Counted from the first letter of the stretch, positions 25,838 through 38,329 are shown. The stretch is 64,000 nucleotides of DNA from Octopus vulgaris (GCA_951406725.2 OX597823.1:39742001-39806000), one strand, 5' to 3'. Made by a program: numbers and translations. Notes: generated by a model from the letters alone, not told the origin.

Positions 25838-26247
25838 TCTTTTCTTTCACCCGTTTTAATCACTGTACCGTAGCCATGCTGGAGCACCACCTTGAAGGGG
25901 CTTTTAATCGAAAACATCGTTGCCGTACTTATTTTTGTTTTAAAATCTAGTACTTATTCTATCGGTTTCTTTTGCCGAGCGGCTAAATTATAAGGACGTA
26001 AAGAAACCAACAACGGATGTCAAGAAGTGTTGAGGATCGACAAAAGCAGACGCAAAAACACACACACGCACACGTATTTCTACGATGGGCTTCTACGCAA
26101 TTTCCGTTCTACCAAATCCACTCACAAGGCACGAGTCGACCCGGGAGTATAGCAGAAACACACATCCAAGGTATCGTCGTCCAGTGGGAATGAACCCCAG
26201 ACCACGTAATTGTAAAGCGAGCTTCTTAATCACACATATACTGCCTA
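25838..26247 (-). mobile_element. SINE family B variant
   Basis: gccatgctggagcaccaccttg...ctaccaaatccactcacaaggc...ccaaggt...cagtgggaatgaaccc. Confidence 0.75.
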
Positions 26248-26367
26248 TTAGATGTGTAATATAAAGCATTCCATCTGTGACCAACACACCTGTGACTTTA
26301 TTGTATAGTCTACTTTGACTAAAACAACCTTATAAAGGCGTTCCAGCTTTGACAGCCTTGACAGTGA

Positions 26368-26783
26368 AGGCGGTGAGCTGGCAGAAACGTTAGCATCCCG
26401 GGCGAAATGCTTAGCGGTATTTCGTCTGCCGCTACGTTCTGAGTTCAAATTCCGTCGAGGTCAACTTTGCCTTTCATCCTTTCGGGGTCGATTAAATAAG
26501 TACCAGTTGCACACTGGGGTTGATAATCGACTTAATGCATTTGTCTGTCCTTGTTTGTCCTCTCTGTGTTTAGCCCCTTGTGGGTAGTAAAGAAATAGGT
26601 ATTTCGTTTGCCGTTACGTTCTGAGTTCAAATTCCGCCGAGGTCGACTTTGCCTTTTATCCTTTCGGGGTCGATTAAATAAGTACCAGTTATGCACTGGG
26701 GTAGATATAATCGACTTAATCCGTTTGTGTGTCCTTGTTTGTTCTCTCTGTGTTTAGCCCCTTGTGGGTAGTAAAGAAATAAG
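26368..26783 (+). mobile_element. SINE family A dimer (head + body + body)
   Basis: The second body starts at the junction aaagaaatag|gtatttcgtttgccg, near 26598. Confidence 0.9.
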
Positions 26784-27670
26784 TATTGGCTTTCCCGGAC
26801 AGAGTGAACCAAATTATATACTACTGTTTCCTAATCTGGACTGCACTATTTAATGTGTCCTTCTTTTTTAAAACAGTTGAATGTAGTTTGAAAGGGATTT
26901 GACTGCCTGCAGATCAAACGATTGCTTTGACATTCCTTATTTGTCTCTAGAGAGTGTTTTTACTCTCTAGTGTTGGTACTGTTTAACTTCTGATCGACCC
27001 TGTTCGACTATACGATAAAAGATATTCTAGTAGTGACCAACCCACCTTTTATCCAGGTACATTGCACTCAGAACCGTATTATTCAAGGTGTTTCTCTTTC
27101 TGAGACAGTAGTGTTGAGGATCCTGCAGTAGCTCAACTGCATATCAAAGTTCAAAGTGTGTTTACATCCACTTTGAACTTTGATAGGGAAACAACAGCGG
27201 AAATCGGTCCTAGCCAGTGAAATATGATGATTCTTTTACTGTAAAACCTCTCTGTTGACTACAAACAAGAAGCACTAAAATTTATTCAGTGAATACAGTA
27301 ATTTAATAATGTGTGTCTGAATGCGCGCGCGCGTGTGGTAGAAGAGTTCATTGCCTTAGTGTAGCAGTTGTTAATCAGACATAAGAAGATGACTATCCTC
27401 ATCCTTCGGGATTTCACCGAGAAGGGAAACGATGCAAAACGGAACAAAGTAAATGGAATAAGGAAAGGGTTTATAAAGTCAGGGACAGTTGCTAGGGTTG
27501 TTGATAGATCTTCGTTGGAGAGATTTTGCGTGGGGGTGGGGATTAACTCTGTAAGGATGGTGGGGTCCATACTAGCAGCAGCATTCTGAACAAAGCGGGG
27601 TAACAGAATCTATCTGCAAACATTCAGTCTGCTAGAAACAGCAGCCAAATCTCTTTCAAATGATACTATA

Positions 27671-27927
27671 AAAATAAATAAATGTTCCTTCTCGAGCCAT
27701 GCCAGGCTCATAAGGGCCGGTTTCCCGGTTTCAGTGGCATAAAAATTCCCCACCTGGACGGGACGCCGTCGCAGGATTACTCATTTTTGCCAGCTGAGTG
27801 GATTGGAGCAACGGGAAAATGAAGTGTTTTGCTCAAGAACACAACGCATCGCCCGGTCCAGGAATCGAAACTACAACCTTACGATCATGAGTTCAACACC
27901 CTAACCACTAAGCCACGGGCCTCCACA
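27671..27927 (-). mobile_element. SINE family C, full length, 13-bp TSD
   Basis: TSD AAATGATACTATA at 27658-27670 and 27928-27940; tRNA-like head, CORE-like tgttcttgagcaaaaacacttc, (ATTT)n tail. Confidence 0.9.
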
Positions 27928-29136
27928 AAATGATACTATACCGTCTAAGAAATAAATTAATAAATGTAAGAAATATTCGATGGTGTGTAAACTGTGCTTA
28001 AATAAAACACTGGATTGTCTCTGTTGGATTGACTTTCACCATAAGCTGGTCTAAACCAAAATAGGAACTACTCCTCATCAAGGCAACAAAGGATTTGGTA
28101 TTCTTAACATGTTATTCAGCCTGCTACACATAATAGCCAAATGATTTTCAAATTATATGCTGTGTTTTAGGAAGAGGAAGGACGCTTTAAACAATATAGT
28201 TGTAGATATGGTATGTCCGAGAAAGAAAAATTGGTTGAAATAGTTTGAGGGTCTAGATTCCTTTGTTTGCTGGGTGTAGCCTGACCTGGGGTTAAATAAC
28301 AACAGCAACAGCTCCACAATCAGAACAAGATCAACATCAGTAATAGTACTGATATATACCGCTTTCAACGAAACAGAGGAACCTCTCTTTGGCTGCTAGG
28401 TTTGCTAAGAATGGTTGTGAAATCCTCCTCAAATGTATCGCCATAAGAAAGGAAAGACAAATCAGATAATATAGTTCGGAGTATAAATAATAGCTGAAAA
28501 ATATAAACAAATGGGATGGTCATTGCTGGAATGTCTTTTTTAAAGACTGTTCCATCAGAGCTGATCTTTTACTAAACAAACCCCTAAGGACTACCGTCAC
28601 TACTAGTCAACATAACTGACAGTTTCTATTTATCATATTGCTGCTCCTTGCACTTAAATACATGAACATTAGTCAAATTACTGTGTTCCTTAAGGACCAT
28701 TCCTTACTTATTGTTTCATGGGGTTAAGGGGATGAGAAGTCGATCAATATTTCCCCGTGTCAGAGACACGGTAATATAAACCCAATAATTAGTTACCTGC
28801 AACAATTATATCCTACACTTCAGCAACTCTGCCAACACTAAAGCCGCATCTTAGCAACACCTTCAGTCGTAAACACCACACGTTAACAACACACTATTAG
28901 CACTAATACCATGCGTTAGCAACACTTAACAATTCTGCCATTTATTACTACTTTACTGAGACATCTTCCGAAATCAGCATCACCACAACTACAGCTGCTT
29001 CCCCTAACACAACCATCGTTACAATCACACTCATCATAATCATCCCCCCACAAACCACCACCACCACACCACCATCAACAACAACAACAATACCGTTCCT
29101 ACCATCATTAGCACCACCAACACCAACACCAATACC

Positions 29137-29546
29137 TATTTCTTTATTACCCACAAGGGGCTAAACACAGAGGGGACAAACAAGGACAGACATAGGTATT
29201 AAGTCGATTACATCGACCCCAGTGCGTAACTGGTACTTGATTTTTCGACCCCGAAAGGATGAAAGGCAAAGTCGACCTCGGCGGAATTTGAACTCACAAC
29301 GTAACGGCAGACGAAATACCTATTTCTTTATTACCCACAAGGGGCTAAACACAGAGAGGACAAACAAGGACAGACAAACGGATTAAGTCGATTAGATCGA
29401 CCCCAGTGTGTAACCGGTACTTATTTAATCGACCCCGAAAGGATGAAAGGCAAAGTCAACCTCGGCGGAATTTGAACTCGGAACGTAACGACAGACGAAA
29501 TACGGCTACGCATTTCGCCCGGCGTGCTAACGTTTCTGCCAGCTTG
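29137..29546 (-). mobile_element. SINE family A dimer, 8-bp TSD
   Basis: Same junction as the 26368 dimer (gacgaaatac|ctatttcttt, near 29319); CCAATACC at 29129-29136 and 29547-29554. Confidence 0.9.
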
Positions 29547-30019
29547 CCAATACCGTCGCTGTCACCAACACCACCGCCGCCGCCGCCACCACCACAATCA
29601 ACAACAACAACAAAACCAACACCACCAACAACAATAACACTAACATCAACATCGCTACCACCATCACCAGCACTACCCCCACCAATACCGCCGTTGCCAC
29701 TTCTACCACCACCACCACCGCCGCCGCCGCCGCCATCTCCATCTCCATCCCCATCCACCAACACCTCCTGTTGCCAACCTCCCCTGCACCGCTCTTATCT
29801 TAAATCTCTTTATAGAACCACAAACAAAACTTATCATTCTCACTTTATTTGACATTCTACCGTCGATTGTCATGTTGTTGCTGTTGTTGTTATTGTTATT
29901 ACCGTTGTTGCTGTGGTGGTGGTGGCGGTGATGGTGGTGGTGGTGGTGGTGGTGGTGGTGGTGGTAGTTGTGATGATGTTGATGGCGCAGCGATTGTAGC
30001 AATAATTACAACAAAAACT

Positions 30020-30228
30020 CGGCGAGCTGGCAAAATCGTTAGCATGCCGGGCAAAATGCTTAGCGGCATTTCGACCGACTTTACGTTCTGAGTTCAAATT
30101 CTGCCGCGGTTGACTTTTCCTTTCATTCTTTCGGGGTCGATAAAATAAGTACTAGTTGAGCACTGGGGTCGATGTAATCGATTTACCCCCTACCCCGAAA
30201 TTGCTGGCCTTGTGCTAAATTTTCAAAC
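30020..30228 (+). mobile_element. SINE family A2
   Basis: ggcgagctggcaaaatcgttagc...ctttcattctttcggggtcgataaaataagtac...ttgctggccttgtgctaaattttcaaac. Confidence 0.85.
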
Positions 30229-30263
30229 TAAATTTGCAACTGAAACTTTTATAATAACAATAA

Positions 30264-33200
30264 TGATTTCTTTTATTTGCCACCAGGGCGAATGATGAGG
30301 GTAACAATACAAAGACAGACATAAAATGTGGGGGTTTACATATAATGGAATGACAAAAGAAAAATGAAGAAGTACACACAGTATACGGCAATAATAAAAA
30401 GCAATTGTGTTGGGTGGGGTCATCCTAATACAGGAAGATTTCTGGGGATGATCAAGAAACCCCACAATCCAAGATCACCCTGAATACTATGGAAAATATT
30501 TTTTCCAACTCCTTTCCTCCGACTCACAGGTCTATACTGAGAGTGGCATCACCCACTCTTGCCATTTTCGCACCTTCCACCCATTTTTTCATAAATTCAC
30601 TCGAGGACAGTACCTTCCTCTCCACCCACACTTTCCTTTTCAAATGAAACTTGAAAAAGTCGATGAAGGCTTTACCAAAGAGGTATGTCTCTGTCCTCAT
30701 TCCTTTCAGCCTCGTCCACCAGACAACCTTTTTGACCACAGCAACGAGGCAAAGAAAAACTGCCTTGCCTGCTCGATTAAAGGGAGGGAGGCGGGGCAAT
30801 CATCACTATGGACTCGGATGACGGACGTATCCGTCCCACATGGAACAGCAGCTGTTCGACATAACTCCACAAGTCAGTAATTACCGGACACTGAATGAGT
30901 GCATACCGAACGGTTTCGTCGTTCTACGCGCACCTCGGACCAGGGTTGCCACTCATCAAATAATAAAACACCCAGATTATTTACTGCAAAAAACCCAGAT
31001 CCTATTTTATAAACCCAGATGTTAGAAAACAGGTATTTAAATGGTAATTTAATGATAAAATATGTTGTATGACAAAATGAATACAGAATTTAATATTTAC
31101 TTTATATCACATGGCAGCTAATTGTCAATTTCGTACATATCCACATCATCTTCATTCACTCCTTCAATGGTGATAAACTCATTTTCTTCCTTTTTGAAGT
31201 TCAATCTACTCGCATATCTACGATGACAAGGCCCATCCACTACATCTTTAATAAGTTTAGCGTTCGGCTCCCAAGAAATGCATAACGCTCCCTTTCTTGT
31301 TTAGCGATAAGATGATCGGTGATCATTTCGGCCTTCAACCTATTAGTGAACTTTGTCTTTGTGCAATTTACTTGGGAAAATATGCGCTCCACGCACGCTG
31401 ATGAATGAGGTAACACCGTCAAATTAGTCATGAATTGTGACAGCCTCTCAAATTTAGAGTGGTCAAGCCCTGTCTTTAAGATTACGTATGGAATACTAGA
31501 ACTCAGGGATGCTTTTTGAGGAAACAGGAATATCTTTATTATATTGCTGAAATAATCTCCACTCATCGTCTAGTTCATCAAGTGTGTTTTCTGGTGCAAT
31601 TGCTAGAAATTTTAATGCCAAGGGAATTATCGACTGAGGAGAGTTAGTGAGCTCGCGCGCTATTTTTGGATCAAGTATTTCTAAGAGAGCAAACACTCCA
31701 GCTTCATCGAGTGGAAAGCGCATTTTTATTTGAAAGCATAATTCTATTAAAAAGATTTTGCAATCAGTTTTGAATCTCGCTGAGTCACCAACGATGGGGT
31801 TTTGTTCTTGATATCTCATTGCGCATCTACTGAGGTAAATATCACTCATATCTTTGTGATTTGTTGTGTTATTAAGATCAATATCTGATAATTTAGATAC
31901 AGCTAAAACATTCTCTTTTATAAAGCAACAAAGGATATTTTATATTCACTAGATACAAGTATATGCAACAGATGCAGCCGAAAGTGTTCTGATTCAAACT
32001 CGACATTAAGAGCATTCACTTTTTTAAATATGTAATGTAAGAAGAGCAGCATGTACTTTGTCCTTTTGTTAATCATTATTTCATAGATCCTTTTTGCTCT
32101 GTCCACTTTTCTACTTTAGCCTCTGACTGAAAATAAAGTACAAGGACATCCCACTGCTCTATTATAACGTTAATTACATTTTCACACGACAACCATCTAG
32201 CTTGCAAAAGCTTTGGAATCTTTTCTTTCTTTTTTTTTTGTGCCAACAACACTTGGTATCATATTGAAGTCATTGACGTTTACTACTTCATCAAAAGTAA
32301 AAAGTTAAGTCCTTTAAAAAGGACTCGAGATACGAAGGTAACACTTTCACTGCATGATTTGAACAAAGTGCAAACGAATGGCAAACATAAGATATTGTAA
32401 ATACAGTCGGAATATCGTTTCTCAATAACTTTTGAAACCTGCTCTTATTACCCATCATTGTTGAACAATTATCGCTGGCAAATCCAAGTATGTTGCTCAT
32501 AGATACATCTTCTTTTGGAAGCAAGACTTGACAACGTTGTACAAATCCTGAGACGAACAATTTTCTATTACAATTGCATCCAGAAGAGCATCCTTGACAT
32601 TAAGCAATTGTTCATAAAAAAAGTGAAAAACTATTGCTAAGATTTGTGTCACTGAGATGTTTGTACTCTCATCTATCAATAATGAAAACTTTTGCTTCTT
32701 GAGAACTTTCAAGAATTCCCCTTGTTCATAATGTGCAATATATGTTAATTTTGTGGTTTTCATTTCTTGATTTTAACCTATTTAACTATCGGGAAAAGCC
32801 TTTTTACAAATTTCAGCCTAAATGATTTATATGCATGAAAGGTACGTGATGTTCAGCAACATAACCTGTTAGTAACAAGTCTGCCTTAGCTACTTTTTCA
32901 CTTAATATATCATCTGCTTTTTTTTAACAATAAATGATTCTAATTTAATTGCAGATTTCGCACAATCAAAAGCTTTCTTGTGTTTTACAGTGTTTTTATG
33001 AGCTAACAGTATTGATTTGTTAGCATTTTTCAACACAACGTTACAACAAACACAGTAGCAGGTGTCAGGAATTTTATCATTTTGCCGAACCAGTCTTTAA
33101 GCTCAGCATCCTCCAACCACGACTTCTTAAAACTTTGGGTATACCACTTCCTCTTTTTGGACACACTATTGTCTGCAATTACTTCGCAAAGGGTTACAAA

Positions 33201-33823
33201 ACAAAAACACTCACTCAAAATGTTGTTTAAACAAATTTTAAATCGTGAGTAACAACACAGTCAAGCTGTCAACTGGTGATGTCAGAGTTTCAGACAAGTG
33301 TACAAGCGACCACCAACACGCTATAACTTGCAGTTGGTCGGTATGATACAAGTGTAAACAAATAATGAACGCATACGATCGGTAATTACGTCACATAAAT
33401 ATTTGTATCGATAAATTCATTACGTGAGATGATTATGGATGATATATAGAAAGTTTACAAAATATTAGAAGAGTTGCAACTTTGGTACATATTGCATGCA
33501 AAGAGTATGACACCGAATTCTCTTTAAAAGATAAGTTTGCAGCCAAAACTAACTTAAAAATCCAGATTTAATGTAAATTTGGAAATTAAATCCCATAAAC
33601 CCATTATTGCTTCAAAAAACCCAGATCTGCGTGGAAAACCCATCAGTGGCATCCCTGCCTCGGACAAGCCCTTCTGACAGCACATACGTGCCTATAGAGT
33701 TTATCTCGAACTGGCAGTGTCCCCGGTAGCACTGCCTAGCTAAAAACATCTGAAAATTGTCCATAATAGTCCCCGACCGAAAAGTCCTTCGGAACAGACA
33801 AGTCAGTTTATCTTCGTCAACGA
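30264..33823 (-). mobile_element. L1/Tx1-like LINE 3' fragment (zf-RVT region + 3' UTR) split by the hAT insertion
   Basis: ORFs 30524-30799 and 33612-33839 (RQCYRG.LPVRDKLYRH across a frameshift...FFKFHLKRKVWVER) are homologous to 49637-51120. Removing the hAT restores C-P-R-C. Confidence 0.85.
30941..33657 (-). mobile_element. Full-length decayed hAT transposon (Blackjack-like TIR)
   Basis: TIRs CAGGGTTGCCACTCAT / CAGGGATGCCACTGAT (14/16). 8-bp TSD CCTCGGAC at 30933-30940 and 33658-33665. Transposase fragments: FKKSWL (TTF-type zinc finger), LLIDESTNIS, GFASDNCSTMMG, CHSFALC, LPHSSACVERIFSQVN. Confidence 0.95.
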
Positions 33824-33923
33824 AGTTTATCTTCGTCAACGAAGTTTATCTTCGTCAACGAAGTTTATCTTCGTCAACGAAGTTTATCTTCGTCAACGAA
33901 GTTTATCTTCGTCAGTTTATCTT
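33805..33923. repeat. 19-bp tandem repeat AGTTTATCTTCGTCAACGA, 5 units + 2 partial
   Basis: Identical units at the 5' truncation point of the Tx1-like LINE. Confidence 0.95.
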
Positions 33924-33944
33924 AGTCGCACTTTTCCGCCATTA

Positions 33945-34520
33945 ATCTTCTATAAATAGCAAGTGGAACATGTCCGTCTGTCTATCTGTTCCTCTTCACA
34001 GTCAAACGGCTGGACCAATGGTCACGATGTTTTCCAGGATTACGAAGGAAGTAATCAGGAAGGCTTTTAACGAAAAAAATGTGACAAAGCATGATTATTA
34101 AGTAGATATTGAGTTTTGTATTAATAAATCACCTTTGTCTTTTTGTTTTTGTTTATGTTTTTTTTTTGCTTAAATTCCGACGACTAGGATTAGTTCTGGA
34201 TTTCTTCCCCATATAGCGCGTGAATTTAGAGGGTTTAGATTTGCAATACTATCCCTTTATTTCTCATCATAGATGGGCAGATTTGCCATCTTACTATATT
34301 GGGCGTCACGTCCGTCTCTTTGTCTGTTCCCTCTTCACGGCCAGACGGCTGGACTAATGATTACGATAGTTTTCGGGATGACAAAGACAGTCGTATGATT
34401 ATGTCGTGGATATCGAAATATGTATGATTATCGATTTTTGAATTGATAAACTACCTTCGCATTTTTATTAAAAATTCAGTGACCAAGAGTAACTCAGGAT
34501 TTTAATCGTATAGCTCGTGG
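33945..34520 (+). mobile_element. Two tandem diverged copies (about 340 bp apart) of a Helitron-like 5' region
   Basis: atcttctata...tgtccgtctgtct...cttcacagtcaaacggctggaccaatg at 33945 versus atcttactata...gtccgtctct...cttcacggccagacggctggactaatg at 34288. Confidence 0.5.
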
Positions 34521-35784
34521 CCCCATCGTAGATACGAAGGGGGTAGCGAAAATAAAATGGGAAAAGCTTGTTTCAGTATATAATGTGTATGATTATTTAG
34601 TGGTTATTGAAGTGTCAGTCCCGAGTAGGATTCGAAACGGCTAATTGAAGTGGCTGTTGGTTACATCTCAGTTTTGTCAATCAAAATAACCCATGGTGCC
34701 AGAACATCTAGACATTATTCGTATAGAACAGTGCATTCACAGCAAACAAGGAACAGAGCCAGACTTTAGAACATGTAGGTGTATTTTTACCCACTCTGAT
34801 ATCGCGTGGGCAGAGTTACAGAGGCGATCACCCCATGAAAGCAAAATTTCAAAACATTCAAAACTTTCAGAAGAAATAAGTTGTACTTATCAATAAAAAA
34901 TAGCGCACCTTGTTTACAATACTTGTCTTGCTTGTGTTCTGAAACCCACTCTAAGCCACACTGTGAGAAGGGATTTGCAAGAGAGATGCAGGCAGACAGA
35001 CAGACAGACAGAAAAAAGAGAGAGGGGAGAGAGAAAGAGAGTTAGTGAGGTTAAGGAATGTTCCCTTACACTGGTGATTCGCGTGTGTTATAAACATACA
35101 TCATCCAATGAGAGGAGATATTCTCTGATGATGAAAAACAACAGGGATCAGATATTTACGTCCGAAATGTACTTGAATGGATTCCTGTTGTTCTGTGAGC
35201 ACCCCAAGGATGATTATTTGTTTGGTAGACTTCAGTACATATCAGCAAATAATTTATTTGTTGATATTAATAAACAAGATTCTGTACTCATGTTAGATTC
35301 ATTGTCCGGGGATAGATTTAACTGAAGAGACACACAATAAGGCCGAAACGCAACAGTATCTCAAAGCCCACTTACATCAATGAGTAGAGTGTTATGAAGA
35401 CTTCGTCAAAAGGAAGACATTCTCAGACGACGAGAAAAAACAGCGATTAGTGTCATCATATTCGAATCTGCTTTAACAGTACTTATCGATGACGAATGGA
35501 TATGTTAATGTAGGGAAGTATGCCTTTATTAAAGCTATAGAAAGAAACGTCTAACAGTTTGAAGTTGTCTCCCTTGTGTTGTAAACCTACAAATATGAAA
35601 AGTCTTCTCCCTTGTTCTCATATAATTATGAACGGAATATATATATGTTATTTGGATGTGCTTTTTTAAATTTTCAGCAAACAGAATCCATCCCATTTCA
35701 ACACTTATCTCCCCAGCAAGTTAACATCTCATTAACCCATTCCGTATCTTCCTTCAGCGGTTCTAGTTACGAAAATACTTCCAC

Positions 35785-35832
<48 letters not shown>

Positions 35833-36362
35833 AGTATGTGTGTGTGTGTGTGTGTGTGTGTTTGTGTGCGTGCGTGCATGTGTGTGTGCATATTTATATA
35901 TGTATATGCATATGCACATACATATATATATTATTCACACACACACATATATAGAAAGAGAGTGACAGAAAGAGAGGCAGAGAAAGACAGAGAGATAAAG
36001 GAAAAACCTTATGTAAATATACATACATGTATATATACATACACATGTCATGTATGTATATGTGTATGCTTATAGGGAGGATATATTCATGGATGTTCAA
36101 AATCTGTTCCAAATGTTGAAAACCTTTCTCATAGTTGCAATGTTAACACCAAACACAAGTATAATCAAATAGACAGATAATTCATTACATGTTATAATAA
36201 CCATCCCGTCTCGAAAACTTGTCTTCTCACCTACCAATAAAAATCTTATGAAACGCAATAAATAAGATAAGCTATTGCTTCTAAGCACAGCACTTAGATA
36301 TTATCTCATAGCTGGATCATCATAATTCTATAGAATGTATATACATCACTCAGCAAGCAATG

Positions 36363-36405
<43 letters not shown>

Positions 36406-36614
36406 CGGTGTAGCAAAAAATTCTAGATTCACTGTTCTTGATGAATGTTTCAACAGCAAACACAGTTCAAACCATAATGGTGACTGAAAACAAACGGTTA
36501 TTAAACATTAGCTTCATGGAAAGAGCACCACCATCAGCCTAACATCACGGCAGCGGGAGGTGTTTCTACTGCACACAGTCTACATATGTGTGTGTGCTTA
36601 CGTAATCACATGTG

Positions 36615-36800
36615 AATCGTTGGCGATTTTCTTCCTCCGTCTTCCTTTCTATTGGACTTAACTCTGATACTGAAGAAGAGCATTGCTCGAAACGTTAAAC
36701 CATCTTTCTTTCCTTCCCTGAGCGTCTGCTAATACTTCACATGTACCCCGTCCTCGCGTTGTTGTTTTTTGTGTTTGTTGTTCTTCTTTTGGGGGGCTTA
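36615..36800 (+). mobile_element. Penelope-type terminal element with hammerhead-like motif (36670-36696)
   Basis: CUGAAGA-A-GAGC-auu-GCUC-GAAA-CG-UU; homologous to both arms of 45336-45714; ends at (TA)n. Confidence 0.65.
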
Positions 36801-36803
36801 CTA

Positions 36804-36847
<44 letters not shown>

Positions 36848-36855
<8 letters not shown>

Positions 36856-37062
36856 GCGCCCTTTTAAAGCCTAGCCACGGTTTCAATGGCGTATGTGTTC
36901 CCCAGCTGGATGGGACTCCAGTCCATCGCAGCGTTACGCAGCGTTCATAGCAACGTGAAATGAAGTGTTTGCTCAAGAACACAACGCGTCGCCCGGTCCA
37001 GGAATGGAAACCATAATCTTACGGTCATGATGCTGACACCCTAACCACGAAACCACGCGGCT

Positions 37063-37065
<3 letters not shown>
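36848..37065 (-). mobile_element. SINE family C with internal deletion
   Basis: agcaacgtgaaatgaagtgtttgctcaagaacacaacgcgtcgcccggtccaggaat matches the 27671 copy. Confidence 0.85.
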
Positions 37066-37099
<34 letters not shown>

Positions 37100-37124
37100 C
37101 ATACATACATACACACACATACAT

Positions 37125-37196
<72 letters not shown>

Positions 37197-37804
37197 GAAT
37201 AGCTTTGAATAGCTTTGCGTAAACCATGGTCCGTTTTGTTCTCTTACTTTGTTATCATCTTATAATCATCTCATAATAATGACTTTTATGACTCGTATTA
37301 CTACCTCAGTCAATCTAAATGTATATATTTGTCGTTACCTGTCATAAATAGCCTTTTTTTTTATTTACAATGTACATTTTCGTTGATTCTTCATATTTTA
37401 CCCTTACATTTCCACGTGTATTTTATATTTTCTTTTCGTAACATATTTCTACTATATATATATATATATACGCATACGTATGCATGCAAGCATTATATAT
37501 GTAAGAACGTGAATGTATGTGTGTGAGAAATTGTTTGGATATATATGTCCCAGCATGGCCGCAACCTAATGAATAGACCAACTAAAAGGTAAAAGATGCA
37601 TACATATATGTGTGTGTTTGTGTGTGTGTGTATGTATGTATGTATGTATGTATGCATGTATGTATGTATGTTTGTATGTATGTATGTATATATGTATATA
37701 TGTATGTATGGTGTCCATTTGTTCGACTAAAGCAGCGCTCCAGAATGGGCGCAGTCAAATGACTGAAACAAGTAAAAGAATATGTGTATGTACATGTGTA
37801 TGGC

Positions 37805-37859
<55 letters not shown>

Positions 37860-38329
37860 ATGTATATACACACACAGATAAAGATATGTATGTGTGTAGA
37901 TATGTTTGTGTGTGTGCGCGTATGTTTGTCAGTGTGTGTACGTACGTTTGTGTGTGCATGCGCGCGTGTGTGTTTGTGTGCGTATATACTGAAGATAAGG
38001 TGTCGTATAACAGCAGTATGCAACACAGTTGTTCTGTACCGACATCAAATCTCAAAGGATTTCTCTATTACCTCGAAGCCGATTGTGAGAGCAACACCAC
38101 ATCTGGTGAGATGGTAAGATAATCATTTAATCCATCTGTGTAGATAGTATATTCAGCTTGTTCCAGATTTATAATACACAATCCATGCTAATCCAAAGCA
38201 TATTCATCTCCGTATCTAGGACACTATAAAAACATTTATTAAAGTTAGGTGCTAAGATAATATTGGGTTGTCAAATAAATCCATTTGGTTTTTTTTTGTT
38301 GTTTTTTTTGGGGGGGTTTTTCATCTTTT

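Noticed and set aside
26368-26783. SINE A dimers as hammerhead retrozymes
   Set aside because: No CUGANGA or UUGANAA...GAAA core was found on either strand of the unit.
33805-33923. CRISPR-like palindromic repeat
   Set aside because: Units are contiguous with no spacers, the context is eukaryotic, and no cas genes are present.
34693-35325. Two ORFs in unique sequence as possible host exons
   Set aside because: No recognisable homology or splice structure; a host gene cannot be supported without RNA data.
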